64,000 nt of DNA from an uncultured delta proteobacterium (GTDB lineage Bacteria; Desulfobacterota; Binatia; Binatales; Binataceae): the NCBI GenBank assembly GCA_963789835.1, contig CAWBMF010000003.1, positions 441,068-505,067 of the forward strand. Reading direction: 5' to 3'. Positions 9,196 to 18,696 of this stretch are shown one piece after another. The translations under genes were made by a program, and so were the position numbers. Numbering within the stretch: the first letter of the stretch is position 1; each line of letters begins with the position of its first letter. Below the pieces are notes generated by a model that ran no database searches, was not told where the DNA came from, and saw nothing but the letters and a program-made list of their open reading frames with translations.

Positions 9196-9349
9196 CTAAC
9201 CTTCCCCCGGCGAACACCTAGTGGCGCGCCGTTACCTGAACGAAAAGCCTCGCGCCCTGATGCTCGTAACATCGGGCGCTCAAATCGGATTGCTTGTCGA
9301 ACGAAGCTTTTAGACTGAGTGCTTAGGGGGAGGAGTATCGGGAGCGACC

Positions 9350-9625
9350 TTAAAATCGATCGATTGCACCGATTTTGTCACGGTGGTCGAGCCCAGGTCG
9401 AAAAGAGCGAACTCTGGTAGAACTGTCGCTGGACGGGCAAGCAACATGTTCTGAGACCTGATCGAACATTTGAAGCGGCTGGCAAATGTTAACGGTCAGT
9501 TCTGGATGGCTCGGTCCGGAGACAATCACGAACCCAGCAGTCGAGGGAGCGCTTCCCAAGAACAACACGATCGCTAAGATTAAACTCAACGCCCGTAGGT
9601 CAGCCTTTGAAAACAAGCCCCGCAT
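9350..9625 (-). CDS. small membrane/secreted protein (paralog of 10675..11031), partner of DUF2318 gene
   Basis: MRGLFSKADLRALSLILAIVLFLGSAPSTAGFVIVSGPSHPELTVNICQPLQMFD. Near-identical N-terminal half to the 10675..11031 product. Confidence 0.4.
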   Translation of the reverse strand: MRGLFSKADLRALSLILAIVLFLGSAPSTAGFVIVSGPSHPELTVNICQPLQMFDQVSEHVACPSSDSSTRVRSFRPGLDHRDKIGAIDRF

Positions 9626-9639
9626 ACTGCAGTGCACCC

Positions 9640-10131
9640 TTAGAACAGTCCCCGCTCGCGTTCAAGATCGGCCGGGTTGATGTTGACGGTGTGGCCAGTC
9701 GTCTGGAACGGCAGTTTCACCGGCACACACGACACGAACCCGGACTCCATTGATTCCAACTTGTATCGAGTGCCGCAATATCTGCAGACGAGATACCCGT
9801 GTGAACTGGCGTAACCCTCGCCATACATGGAGCAGCGTCGGCACGCGTCGAAAGCTCCCTTAATCTTTCCAGTGGAGTCACGAGCTAGAAGAAACCGAAT
9901 CTGGTCGCCCGCCCGATCCTTGTATGAGAAGAAATGAACATCACCGGGCTGTAGGCTATCGGTTTCAATGCTTACGATCGGATTTGCGCTGACGGTGATG
10001 AATTGAGGACCCGTCGCCATCGCGACCAATGAGACTGCGACTGTCATGAAAGCAGCGGCAATCAACAGTCCAGTACGCCCTCGAAATCTGGTGATCGCGG
10101 AAGCCGTTTTTAAGGACCGCGGAATCTTCAT
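9640..10131 (-). CDS. DUF2318-like Cys-rich membrane protein (CxxC...CxxC)
   Basis: TM segment followed by FDACRRCSMYGEGYASSHGYLVCRYCGTRYKL...CVPVKLP. Start placed at internal MKIPRSLK to avoid overlap with the upstream YHS gene; the ORF could extend to 10233. Confidence 0.5.
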   Translation of the reverse strand: MKIPRSLKTASAITRFRGRTGLLIAAAFMTVAVSLVAMATGPQFITVSANPIVSIETDSLQPGDVHFFSYKDRAGDQIRFLLARDSTGKIKGAFDACRRCSMYGEGYASSHGYLVCRYCGTRYKLESMESGFVSCVPVKLPFQTTGHTVNINPADLERERGLF

Positions 10132-10180
10132 AGCGAACGTCCTACCGTGTGTCTCAGTTAGACTCGAGCCGCGCGACCGC

Positions 10181-10552
10181 TTAAGGTGCCGAGTTCGCGG
10201 CGGGCGTAATGCCTTCCGATAGATGCTTCGCAAGATACTTCTTGGGAGTTTTCACGAAAGCGTCGCGCTCCATGTCGTCGCAAAAGTAGTAATCCTTCCC
10301 ATCGAACGTGGCGGCTGGCGTATCGGACTTTACCGTAAGATGCATTCCGCAATACGCGCACATCGTCTTCTTTCCAACGTCACTGGCTGGCGCTTGCGAA
10401 AGAACGCTTGCGATCTCAGGCGAAGCCGCGCGAGCGGAACCTGAGAAGTAGAAAAAGCCACTCAGAACCACCGACATCGTCGCGATTAAGACGATGGCCT
10501 TGTTTCTATGCAGTGCACTGCTCTTTCGTATCTCGGCTGATGTGAAATTCAT
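10181..10552 (-). CDS. YHS-domain-like metal-binding protein (membrane-anchored)
   Basis: N-terminal TM segment. MCAYCGMHLTVKSDTPAATFDGKDYYFCDDMERDAFVKTP resembles the YHS/TRASH CxxCGM motif. Confidence 0.5.
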   Translation of the reverse strand: MNFTSAEIRKSSALHRNKAIVLIATMSVVLSGFFYFSGSARAASPEIASVLSQAPASDVGKKTMCAYCGMHLTVKSDTPAATFDGKDYYFCDDMERDAFVKTPKKYLAKHLSEGITPAANSAP

Positions 10553-10674
10553 CTTTTATCTCCCGTCGCAATGAGCCGACTGACGCGACAATTCACCTGA
10601 AACGAAAAGCCTTGCGCCGCGCCATCCGCGGCGTCGGGCGCGCAAATCGTAATCAGGTTGTCGAACGGAACTAT

Positions 10675-11031
10675 CTAGACGGGTAGCTTTGGCGGCGGCG
10701 TGTCGGGAGCGAAGCGAAAATCGACCGGTCGCCCAGCCATCTTGACAACGGTCAAGCCCAGGTCGCGCAGAACGAACTCGGGCTGTACCGTCGCAGGTCG
10801 GGCAAGCAAGGTGTTCGACGCACGGTCGAACATTTGAAGCGGCTGGCAGATGTTGACGGTCAATTCAGGATGACTCGGTCCGGAGATAACGACGAACCCT
10901 GCCGTCGAAGGGAAGCTGGCCAACAACATGACGATGGCCAGGATTAAACTCAGATCTCGAAGATCCGACTTTGAAAACATGCGTCCCATTTCTTCTACAG
11001 ATCTCTTAGAACAGTCCTCGCTCATGTTCAA
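10675..11031 (-). CDS. small membrane/secreted protein (paralog of 9350..9625)
   Basis: MFSKSDLRDLSLILAIVMLLASFPSTAGFVVISGPSHPELTVNICQPLQMFD. C-terminal tail diverges from the other copy. Confidence 0.4.
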   Translation of the reverse strand: MNMSEDCSKRSVEEMGRMFSKSDLRDLSLILAIVMLLASFPSTAGFVVISGPSHPELTVNICQPLQMFDRASNTLLARPATVQPEFVLRDLGLTVVKMAGRPVDFRFAPDTPPPKLPV

Positions 11032-11039
11032 GATCGACG

Positions 11040-11419
11040 GGCTTGATGTCGACGGTGTGCCCGGTCATCCGAAATGGCAATTTCACGGGCACGCATGATC
11101 CGCGCCCGGATTCCATCGCATCCAACTTGTACCGATTGCCGCAATATCCGCAGACGAGGTCCCCGTGTGAACTGTCATAGCCCTTCCGATACATCGAGCG
11201 CCGTCGAATTCCTTGCCTGGCACATAGAGGTCGCTGTGCAGAAACGGATATTCGTACTGAACCTGCGCGTACCAGTTGATGGGCCGCTCCCACAAGGTGA
11301 GGTTGAAGTTGCCAATCCGGTTCGGAAGCGACCCTGTGTGTGGCGAATTGTTGATTTTGGCAGAACCGGAAGCCGGAGTGCAGACTTGCTAACGGTCCCC
11401 ACTCTCCCAAGGACAGCAA
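11040..11419 (-). pseudogene. degenerate DUF2318 paralog fragment fused to an outer-membrane-protein-like remnant
   Basis: The last ~65 aa (RRRSMYRKGYDSSHGDLVCGYCGNRYKLDAMESGRGSCVPVKLPFRMTGHTVDIKPVDLEHERGLF) align with the C-terminus of 9640..10131. The first CxxC and the TM region are lost. An overlapping frame (11083..11295) reads like the C-terminal strands of a beta-barrel protein. Confidence 0.4.
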
Positions 11420-11504
11420 ATGATCCCCACGACTCCGCTACCGCTCGCCGGTAAGACCGCTCGTCACCAAATGCACCTTTGCCGGCGTCAGTTTTATGGA
11501 ACTG

Positions 11505-14500
11505 CTACTTGGGGCATACTCCCGTCGTGTTCGGTTGCGTCGAGTAGAGGCATTGTGCGCCAGCTATAGTTGAGTTTTGGAGATTGTAGTTGACGTTCCA
11601 TTGGAACGGATTATCAGGATTCATTGCGTTGAATGGCGACGGCATCGGCCGCTCATCGCGATCATCGGCAACGAAGCACTTATCCTTCTCGTTGGGACCG
11701 CACGCGGCAGGAAAGGTTATCTGGAAGGCCGGACAACCCGGTGCCGGGCAGTCTACAAACTGGGGAGGGCAGCCGGCTGGATTCGTACAGTTAAGAGGGA
11801 AAGGCTGAATCGACCAATCGCAAACGGTCTGACCCAAGGGATTCGTTTGTTTGCAAATGCTCGCATAGGGGCCACTCGGATTGCACTGACACCGTTCGGC
11901 GCTCTGACTCCAGGTACACATAGTAGCTGGTTGGCAATAACGCTTACCCAGTGAAACGGGAGGTTTCGTGTTCGCGGCCGTTGCATTTAAGCTATAGTTA
12001 CCAGCGATCTGGGAGAAATTGGTGCTAAGTGTCAGGATGCCCGAGCTAGGAGTATACTTAGCCGTCCATGCGCCACTCATGACATCTTTGACTGGGGCTG
12101 GAGTGAAGTTAAACGGCAGGGTTAAACCTTCGTAGCCGAAGACTACATTGGTTGCGGCGAAGTCTTTGTTGTCCTTTGTCGGTATATTCTTACCCACGAA
12201 CACCTGGTAGGTCTGCTGCGTGTCCTGCTTCGAGAAGAGAAAGAAAAGATCGTAGACGCTCCCGCCAGTAAAAACATTGAAACTTTGGAAAGGTGGGACC
12301 GCGTTCGCCTGGCTCTTCCTCGAGACCGTCGTGTTGAGGTAGTAGGCGCCGTGATTGACGGTCAGAGCGCTGCGCTGGAAATTGTTCTGCCCCATCATCC
12401 GCTTCAATTGGATATCGGGATCTGTTTTTTCTCCCGGCGTGAGTAGTTGTCGATAGAGCTGTACGCCGGGGCATCCGAAGTTGGGAGGTGACGCCGTACA
12501 GACGCTGCCCCAGTTGTCGTCGTTTGGACAAAAACTGGGAGCTCCACTCTCAGGAGGCGGCGGAGCCAGCTTTGCGCATTCAGGATAGATCACCGTACTT
12601 ACATATTCGTAGGGGCTGGTTTTCGCGGTAGCGGGCAAGCACTTTGGAGCATAAGTACTGGCATTTGTCGGATAATCCGAAGCGCATTCCCAGGCTTCGG
12701 TCGGAGCCTTGAAGAAATCCGCCTTGTTGACCGAGATTGTGTCGTACTGGGTGCTCATACTTGGGGTTGGTGTCGCTGTTGGTACGGGAGGACCCACCGG
12801 GCTGGTCAAGCCGGTCAGCGTGCCGTCATCGTCGTTCAACACCGTCTCTCGATCGATGTCGGTAAAGCCTTGGAAGTATGCTGGATTCCAAGTGCAGTAT
12901 TCTTTTTTCGTCGCGTCCTCGTCGGTTTTGAAGCTCAAGGGGCCCTTTAGGAAGCTTGGGTCGGTGACAAAATGGCGGATGTCGACGCCGTTGAAGTACA
13001 GATTGAGCGAATGAAACGCGGGCGCGTAGTAAAAGCCGTTGGGCTGTTTCCATCCAATCCCTGCGTTGGGCTCAAAGCAGCGAGCGCCACCAGCGATCGG
13101 CATGTCCTTCGCGTCGAGCGGCCGGTAAGCGCGCAGGCCATTGACCCCGCCACTAATGAAACCCGCAAACTGACAGGGATTGCCGGCGACGCTGCTAGGC
13201 TCACACTTGCCGCCCTTGGTATCCAGCACCGCGCCTTTGGCAGTTCCGTCGGCGGTCAACCAGGTAGGGTGAATGTCGAGATAGGCGTTGGAGTCCTGAA
13301 AAATGGGACCGTCGTAAACGCTGAAGAGCCGCTGAAAGCCTGCGAAGGCGCCTACCTGAAAGTTCACGCCATCTTTCTGCGATAGACAGAATGCATTGTT
13401 AGAATTTCCGTTGAAGGGATCGAGGGCGCAGGTCAATCCAGTGATTTTACTGTTCTCGCCTGTTCCAATCGTGGCCTTAAATGGATTGAAAGGTCCGGCG
13501 TTGGACGCGTAGGGATTCGCGGCGAGAGCGCTGTTATTTGGATTCTGCCATTGAGAACTCCCGATGAGCGCAGATTGCCGCACCAACCCCCAATAACCGG
13601 GAAATACAGAAGCAGCGTCGTAACCGCCACTGGTTACGAAATTGACTCCGGCGTTCTGCGGATCGCTGATGATGCTGTCAACTGCCAACGACCACAGCGA
13701 TCTCATCCAGACGGCGGCGAAGTTGCCCTCCGCCCAGTTGAACGAGGTCGTAAACCCGTTGAGCACGACCACGTCGCAATTGGCTTGATTCGCCGATGCG
13801 CAGATGGGGACGGTTGAGCAGTCGGGGTTGGTGTTGCCATTGTCAGCCGCCGGACAGCGCGTCGGCAGACGCAGGCCGGTGACCTGAGGCCAGTAAGCAG
13901 TGCCGGAGGGCGGCGGAGCCTGGGGTGAGGGCACCATCAGAAGCGTAGAGTTTGGAGCTTTCAGGAAACTCGGATCAATCTGGTTGACGCCGTTGCAAGC
14001 GGCTAGAGCGCCGACCTCGACAAAGCCTTCCATTGCCGTGCTACAGGAGTTGCCGACGAAGTTTTGCAGCGGGCTGATGCCGGCCCGTCCTATGCCGACT
14101 TGCTCGCCGGCGTATCCGTACCATTTCTCGGTCTGCGAAGGGCCGCTAATCGCTCCCGGCACCAGCCAGTAGCAGGCGCCGCACTCGCCGGCGCCGGCCG
14201 CCATGTTGTACTGGAAGTCATTCATGCCGTTCATGATCCAGAACACTGACGGATTTTGTGAGTCCGAGTAATAAGGAAGGGTGCTATATCCGCTGACACA
14301 AAATTGAGGAGTCTCTTTTGTACAGCAATTTGGAGGGTTGCCCGTACAGGTTGGCGCAGTAGCCGTCAGGATACCTGGAACCATGCGCGGATTCTGCGGA
14401 TTGGCGTCGGCCGCCGTTAAGCCATTGGCCACTGCGCCGCGCGCGAAAGCGCCGAGATTGGCGTACAGCTGATTGCCGGTCTCGGTGCCGTCCTCGAGAT

Positions 14501-15902
14501 AATAGCCGTGACCGATCGACTCGAAGCCTACATTGCGCGCCAGCCGGACGCCCTGGGTAGCATGAATCGTTATCCAGCGCGTCATTGAATCCCATATCGA
14601 AGAGTCCTTGACGAAGGTGATCGGCTGGGTCGCGCCTATCCCTGGCACCTGGCGGTCCATGTGGAAGTGCACCGGGTAGTGCATGATGCTGCCGCCCTGG
14701 CCGAGTTGATAGAACTCGACGCCCTGCACCTGGTAAAGCAGGAAGCCCTGACGCACGATAGTGTGGCCGCCGAAATAGTTGTCGGGATTTCCCGGATCGA
14801 CTGTGAACTCCGAGCCCGGCGTATCGCCGTCGGAAACAACCCGGATGTTGCGCGACAGCAACCCCACCGAGGCGCGCAGATCGCCCGAGGTAGGGAAGTT
14901 CGGCCCAAGACGCGATATGCCGGGGAAGGTCGCGTTGGACAGGTCGAATAGTTGCCCATTGTGCGGATACTGGACCGCGGTGAGGAGTGGAATCGTCGTA
15001 ACCCCGCCGCTGGTAGTGGGCGTACCATTGATATTCAGGTGCTCCGAATGCCCAGGCAGATAGTCGGTGGTGGTCAGTACGATATCGTCGCCGTTTTGCC
15101 AATCCACTGCGCCAGCAACCTGCAGGCTCGTATCGCCGGGCAGCGCATTCTTATTCAAGCGAACCCAGCTGGTCCCGGTGCACGAGGAACTATTTTCCAT
15201 GCATCCGGTCGCGGACGTGCTGCCATAGGTTGCGCCTTTCGCGCCGAACATTTGTAGCGTGCCGTTGTAAGACACCGCCAGCACCTTGTGCCCAAAATAG
15301 GCGGTGGGGTTGTTCGTCTGATCCGCCGGGTCCAGTGCGTCATAGTCGTAGAAGCAGTCGCTAACGCCACCTGGCAGCGCAGACGGCTTGCACGTAGCTG
15401 GATTCATCGAGCGCGTATTGGTTCCCAGGGGAGGGCTCGGGATGCCGCAGTTGGCGGACGCACAGGTAACCCCGGGATCGCCCGGCGCACCCCACAGATG
15501 AATTGTCACCAGGCCGCCGTTGGTTCCGATCGGGGTTTCAGAGCCCGCGATTAAAGCGCCGCCGCTCTCGACGACGATGTTCTCCGCGTAGAAGTCGATC
15601 TGCGCGTCATCGAAGGTCAAGATGCCTTTACTGCCACCTGAAGTAAAAATGTTGACGTTGTGGAAGTAGTAGGTGAGAGAGGGGACGCTGGCGGAGCCCT
15701 TTACCTCGCACGGACCGGTGACCTGGAGATCGGTGGTGGCGCCGGCAGACATCTCGTTGGGCATCAACGGCATGTCCGCCGTGTCGTTACAGGTCACCAC
15801 CGTAGCCATTGCGGGGCTGGCGAAAAGTACGAACAGCATCGATAAGATCAAGCCGGAAAGTGAAAGCTTATTGGAGCATTCGATTCGAGACTTTATCGAC
15901 AT
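11505..15902 (-). CDS. very large secreted Cys-rich protein (1465 aa), function unknown; possible beta-helix / G8-like carbohydrate-active fold
   Basis: Signal peptide (LILSMLFVLFASPAMA), many Cys and Gly/Asn-rich repeats, and a central YPVHFHMDRQ motif. Long uninterrupted frame. Confidence 0.55.
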   Translation of the reverse strand: MSIKSRIECSNKLSLSGLILSMLFVLFASPAMATVVTCNDTADMPLMPNEMSAGATTDLQVTGPCEVKGSASVPSLTYYFHNVNIFTSGGSKGILTFDDAQIDFYAENIVVESGGALIAGSETPIGTNGGLVTIHLWGAPGDPGVTCASANCGIPSPPLGTNTRSMNPATCKPSALPGGVSDCFYDYDALDPADQTNNPTAYFGHKVLAVSYNGTLQMFGAKGATYGSTSATGCMENSSSCTGTSWVRLNKNALPGDTSLQVAGAVDWQNGDDIVLTTTDYLPGHSEHLNINGTPTTSGGVTTIPLLTAVQYPHNGQLFDLSNATFPGISRLGPNFPTSGDLRASVGLLSRNIRVVSDGDTPGSEFTVDPGNPDNYFGGHTIVRQGFLLYQVQGVEFYQLGQGGSIMHYPVHFHMDRQVPGIGATQPITFVKDSSIWDSMTRWITIHATQGVRLARNVGFESIGHGYYLEDGTETGNQLYANLGAFARGAVANGLTAADANPQNPRMVPGILTATAPTCTGNPPNCCTKETPQFCVSGYSTLPYYSDSQNPSVFWIMNGMNDFQYNMAAGAGECGACYWLVPGAISGPSQTEKWYGYAGEQVGIGRAGISPLQNFVGNSCSTAMEGFVEVGALAACNGVNQIDPSFLKAPNSTLLMVPSPQAPPPSGTAYWPQVTGLRLPTRCPAADNGNTNPDCSTVPICASANQANCDVVVLNGFTTSFNWAEGNFAAVWMRSLWSLAVDSIISDPQNAGVNFVTSGGYDAASVFPGYWGLVRQSALIGSSQWQNPNNSALAANPYASNAGPFNPFKATIGTGENSKITGLTCALDPFNGNSNNAFCLSQKDGVNFQVGAFAGFQRLFSVYDGPIFQDSNAYLDIHPTWLTADGTAKGAVLDTKGGKCEPSSVAGNPCQFAGFISGGVNGLRAYRPLDAKDMPIAGGARCFEPNAGIGWKQPNGFYYAPAFHSLNLYFNGVDIRHFVTDPSFLKGPLSFKTDEDATKKEYCTWNPAYFQGFTDIDRETVLNDDDGTLTGLTSPVGPPVPTATPTPSMSTQYDTISVNKADFFKAPTEAWECASDYPTNASTYAPKCLPATAKTSPYEYVSTVIYPECAKLAPPPPESGAPSFCPNDDNWGSVCTASPPNFGCPGVQLYRQLLTPGEKTDPDIQLKRMMGQNNFQRSALTVNHGAYYLNTTVSRKSQANAVPPFQSFNVFTGGSVYDLFFLFSKQDTQQTYQVFVGKNIPTKDNKDFAATNVVFGYEGLTLPFNFTPAPVKDVMSGAWTAKYTPSSGILTLSTNFSQIAGNYSLNATAANTKPPVSLGKRYCQPATMCTWSQSAERCQCNPSGPYASICKQTNPLGQTVCDWSIQPFPLNCTNPAGCPPQFVDCPAPGCPAFQITFPAACGPNEKDKCFVADDRDERPMPSPFNAMNPDNPFQWNVNYNLQNSTIAGAQCLYSTQPNTTGVCPK

Positions 15903-16011
15903 TGGCGATCTCTCCCCAGATCGTAGTGCCCGCGAGGTTTGCGTTGTTGAGAATGAACTAATATAACGCGGCAGAATATATCAAGCGTTCAGTCGACGAC
16001 AGAAACAAAAA

Positions 16012-18012
16012 ATGAACGATGCTGCGATGAAGATTGCACGCGACTGCGGGACCATACTCCCACTGATTCTTGCTCTGCTAGTGGGATCGTTGGTGCTTAG
16101 CGGATGCGGTGGTGGATCGAGTTCAAACTCGCAAGAGCATCGACGGCCGACGCCGACCGCCACGCCCACGCCTCCGCCCCCGGGCATCGTCGGCTTTCTA
16201 GTTGGCGGTTCACCGTCGGTTGGCAGTCCAATCAGCGGGGCCGTGATTACCTTGTATCAGGCGAGCGCGAGCGGCTATGGCACGGGAGCGCTCCAGCTCG
16301 CGCAGGTAGATTCACAATCCGACGGCAGCTTCAGCGTCTCGTCGTTCACGTGCCAGACTACGGGCTATTCGCAACAGATTTACCTGGTCGCGACCGGCGG
16401 CACGATTAGCGGTCAAAGCAACGCCAACCCAGCTATCGCGCTGGGCGCGGGCATCGGCACGTGCACCAACTTTGCTCACTCAGTGGTCATCAATGAAGCG
16501 ACCACAATTGCGACAGTCTGGGCGCTGGATCAGTTCATGGATCCGACCGGGCAAAACGTCGGGACGTCGGCGACCAACCAGACCGGGCTCAACAACTCCG
16601 CAACCGCGATGAGCTCGGACAGCTTCGTCGACCTGAGCACCGGGCTTGCACCAACGTCGTTTCCGGACGGGCTTACCTCGCCCACCGCCACACTATATTC
16701 ATTGGCCAACATATTGTCCGCATGTGTAAATTCGTCCGGCGAAAGCTCCGCCGGCTGTCAAAATCTGTTCAGCGCGGCGACTCCGCCTGGTGGCGTCGCG
16801 CCTACAACCACAGTGCAGGCGGCGCTGGACATCGCGCGCAATCCAGTCAACAACGTCAGCGCCCTGTTCGCGTTGATACCAGCCAGCCCGCCTTTCTCGC
16901 CGGGTCTGACTTCGGCGCCGGCAAGTTGGGTACTGGCGCTCAATTACGCGCCTGCAAGCGCCGATTTCAAATCGCCGTACCAAATCGCTTTAGATGCAGC
17001 CGGCAACGTTTGGGTAGTGAACGCCAGTGGCGACAGCGTCACCGAATTGATCGGCGCAAGTGGCTACACGACGGCACTGGAATTCGCACCCTCCGGCGCC
17101 GATCTGAGCTTCCCGGACTGGCTCGCCTTTGACGCGGCGGGCAACTTATGGGTGGCGAATCTGAACAGCAACAGTATTAGTGAACTGACAGCCACGAGCA
17201 ATTACTCGACTGGCTTTAATTTCGCGCCGGCGGGTGCGGTCCTAAGCAATCCTCTCTCGATCGTTTTCGATGCCGCCGACAACCTTTGGGTGGCGAACTT
17301 TGGCGGCGACAGCGTCAGTGAATTGCTGGCCGGATGCTCCAGCGCGACTTGCACCGGGACAAATTTTAACAACTCGAACACCGGCAGCCCCGGCGCCCTA
17401 TTCAGCAGTCCCAGCTCAATCATTGCCGACGTGGCCGGCAATCTGTGGATTACGAACTTCGCCGGCAATAGTGTCACCGAATTGCTGACAGGATGCTCCA
17501 GCACAGCTTGCACCGGCGCCAATTTCAATAGCAGCAACACCGGCAGTCCTGGCGCATCGTTTGCCGCGCCGCTCGAGGTTGAGGTCGACGGTGCTGGCAA
17601 TATCTGGGCGGTAAATTCCAACGGCAACAGCTTGAGCGAACTACCCGCAGGCTGCACTCTCGCCAGCTGTACCGCCGGAAATTTCAACAACTCAAATACC
17701 GGTAGCCCTGGTGCAATTTTCAGCGGTCCCAACTCGCTTGCAATCGACTCCAGCGCGAACATCTGGGTCGAAAATCTATCCGGCAACAGCGTGAGTGAGC
17801 TGACCGCGTCGAGTAGCTACGCGACCGGCTTCAACTTCGGACCCTGGCCAATAGCTTATGCGCAGTTCTCAATCGCGGCCGATGCGTCGGGCAACCTCTG
17901 GATAGCGAATAACTACGACGACAGTGTAAGCGAGGTGGTGGGTGTCGCAACTCCTATACTCACTCCTTCGCTAGCCTGCCTTCAGCTTGGCCGTAACGTG
18001 TGCCTGCCGTAG
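16012..18012 (+). CDS. NHL-repeat (beta-propeller) lipoprotein
   Basis: Lipobox LVLSGCGGG, then a Pro/Thr linker, then ~8 tandem ~45-aa repeats of the type FxxPxxIAxDxxGNLWVxNxxxNSVSELxA. Confidence 0.6.
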   Translation: MNDAAMKIARDCGTILPLILALLVGSLVLSGCGGGSSSNSQEHRRPTPTATPTPPPPGIVGFLVGGSPSVGSPISGAVITLYQASASGYGTGALQLAQVDSQSDGSFSVSSFTCQTTGYSQQIYLVATGGTISGQSNANPAIALGAGIGTCTNFAHSVVINEATTIATVWALDQFMDPTGQNVGTSATNQTGLNNSATAMSSDSFVDLSTGLAPTSFPDGLTSPTATLYSLANILSACVNSSGESSAGCQNLFSAATPPGGVAPTTTVQAALDIARNPVNNVSALFALIPASPPFSPGLTSAPASWVLALNYAPASADFKSPYQIALDAAGNVWVVNASGDSVTELIGASGYTTALEFAPSGADLSFPDWLAFDAAGNLWVANLNSNSISELTATSNYSTGFNFAPAGAVLSNPLSIVFDAADNLWVANFGGDSVSELLAGCSSATCTGTNFNNSNTGSPGALFSSPSSIIADVAGNLWITNFAGNSVTELLTGCSSTACTGANFNSSNTGSPGASFAAPLEVEVDGAGNIWAVNSNGNSLSELPAGCTLASCTAGNFNNSNTGSPGAIFSGPNSLAIDSSANIWVENLSGNSVSELTASSSYATGFNFGPWPIAYAQFSIAADASGNLWIANNYDDSVSEVVGVATPILTPSLACLQLGRNVCLP

Positions 18013-18465
18013 CCCTCTCGCAGTTTCATGCGAAGGGCGGTGTGAAGACGACTTAGTCGGCGGGCAGGTTCCAGATTAGGAATGCGCGCTGGCGCTCGGC
18101 GATAGGGTGATACTGGTTGGCGGCATTACCACCCGTTCTCACAATGGTTGGCTCTTCGACACGAGCAGCCGTCAGCATCGCGATCCATCGAGGGCGCTGG
18201 TTGTATCCAGGTAAAATCTGATCCTGGGTAACAGGTGGCTCAACGTGTGGTAGCAGGAAGAACCGTTCGCTGATGTAGGTTACCGGGTGCGCCGCTTAAC
18301 CAGCCGTAGATTTCGTATGTCGAGCTCGCTGGTGAGGATCATCTGCACCAGGCTCCCTCCTGATTTGCTGGACCTTCTTCTCGACGAGTATCGAAGAATT
18401 CATTGCCGGCGTGCGCCATCGTGCGGAGACGGAGAAGTGACCGCCTGGGACGGGCGGCTAAGCAC

Positions 18466-18666
18466 TCATTTTTGAGTCGAGCTCTTACCCTTTCCCGACA
18501 GTGAGACGGTCTGTTGAAACATCGGCCACGGCGAGGTAGCCAATTGCGCCCGCGCCGATACCACCGCAAGAATCAGAGCGGTCGCTCCCACGCAGGCAGT
18601 CAAGAAATTCTTTTTCAACCGCCTGGTTCCTCTCTCATGTTCCCGGTATTCACAGGAGGCCGTCAA
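18466..18666 (-). CDS. hypothetical small secreted protein
   Basis: Signal-like KKNFLTACVGATALILAVVSARAQL; 66 aa. Weak call. Confidence 0.25.
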   Translation of the reverse strand: MTASCEYREHERGTRRLKKNFLTACVGATALILAVVSARAQLATSPWPMFQQTVSLSGKGKSSTQK

Positions 18667-18696
18667 CCCGGAAAGCGTGACCCGAACCGCCCAACC

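Noticed and set aside
12190-15370. Multiple 60-270 aa ORFs on both strands (for example 14284..15102 minus)
   Set aside because: All lie within the continuous 1465-aa secreted-protein frame and translate to Arg/Pro/Gly-rich sequence.
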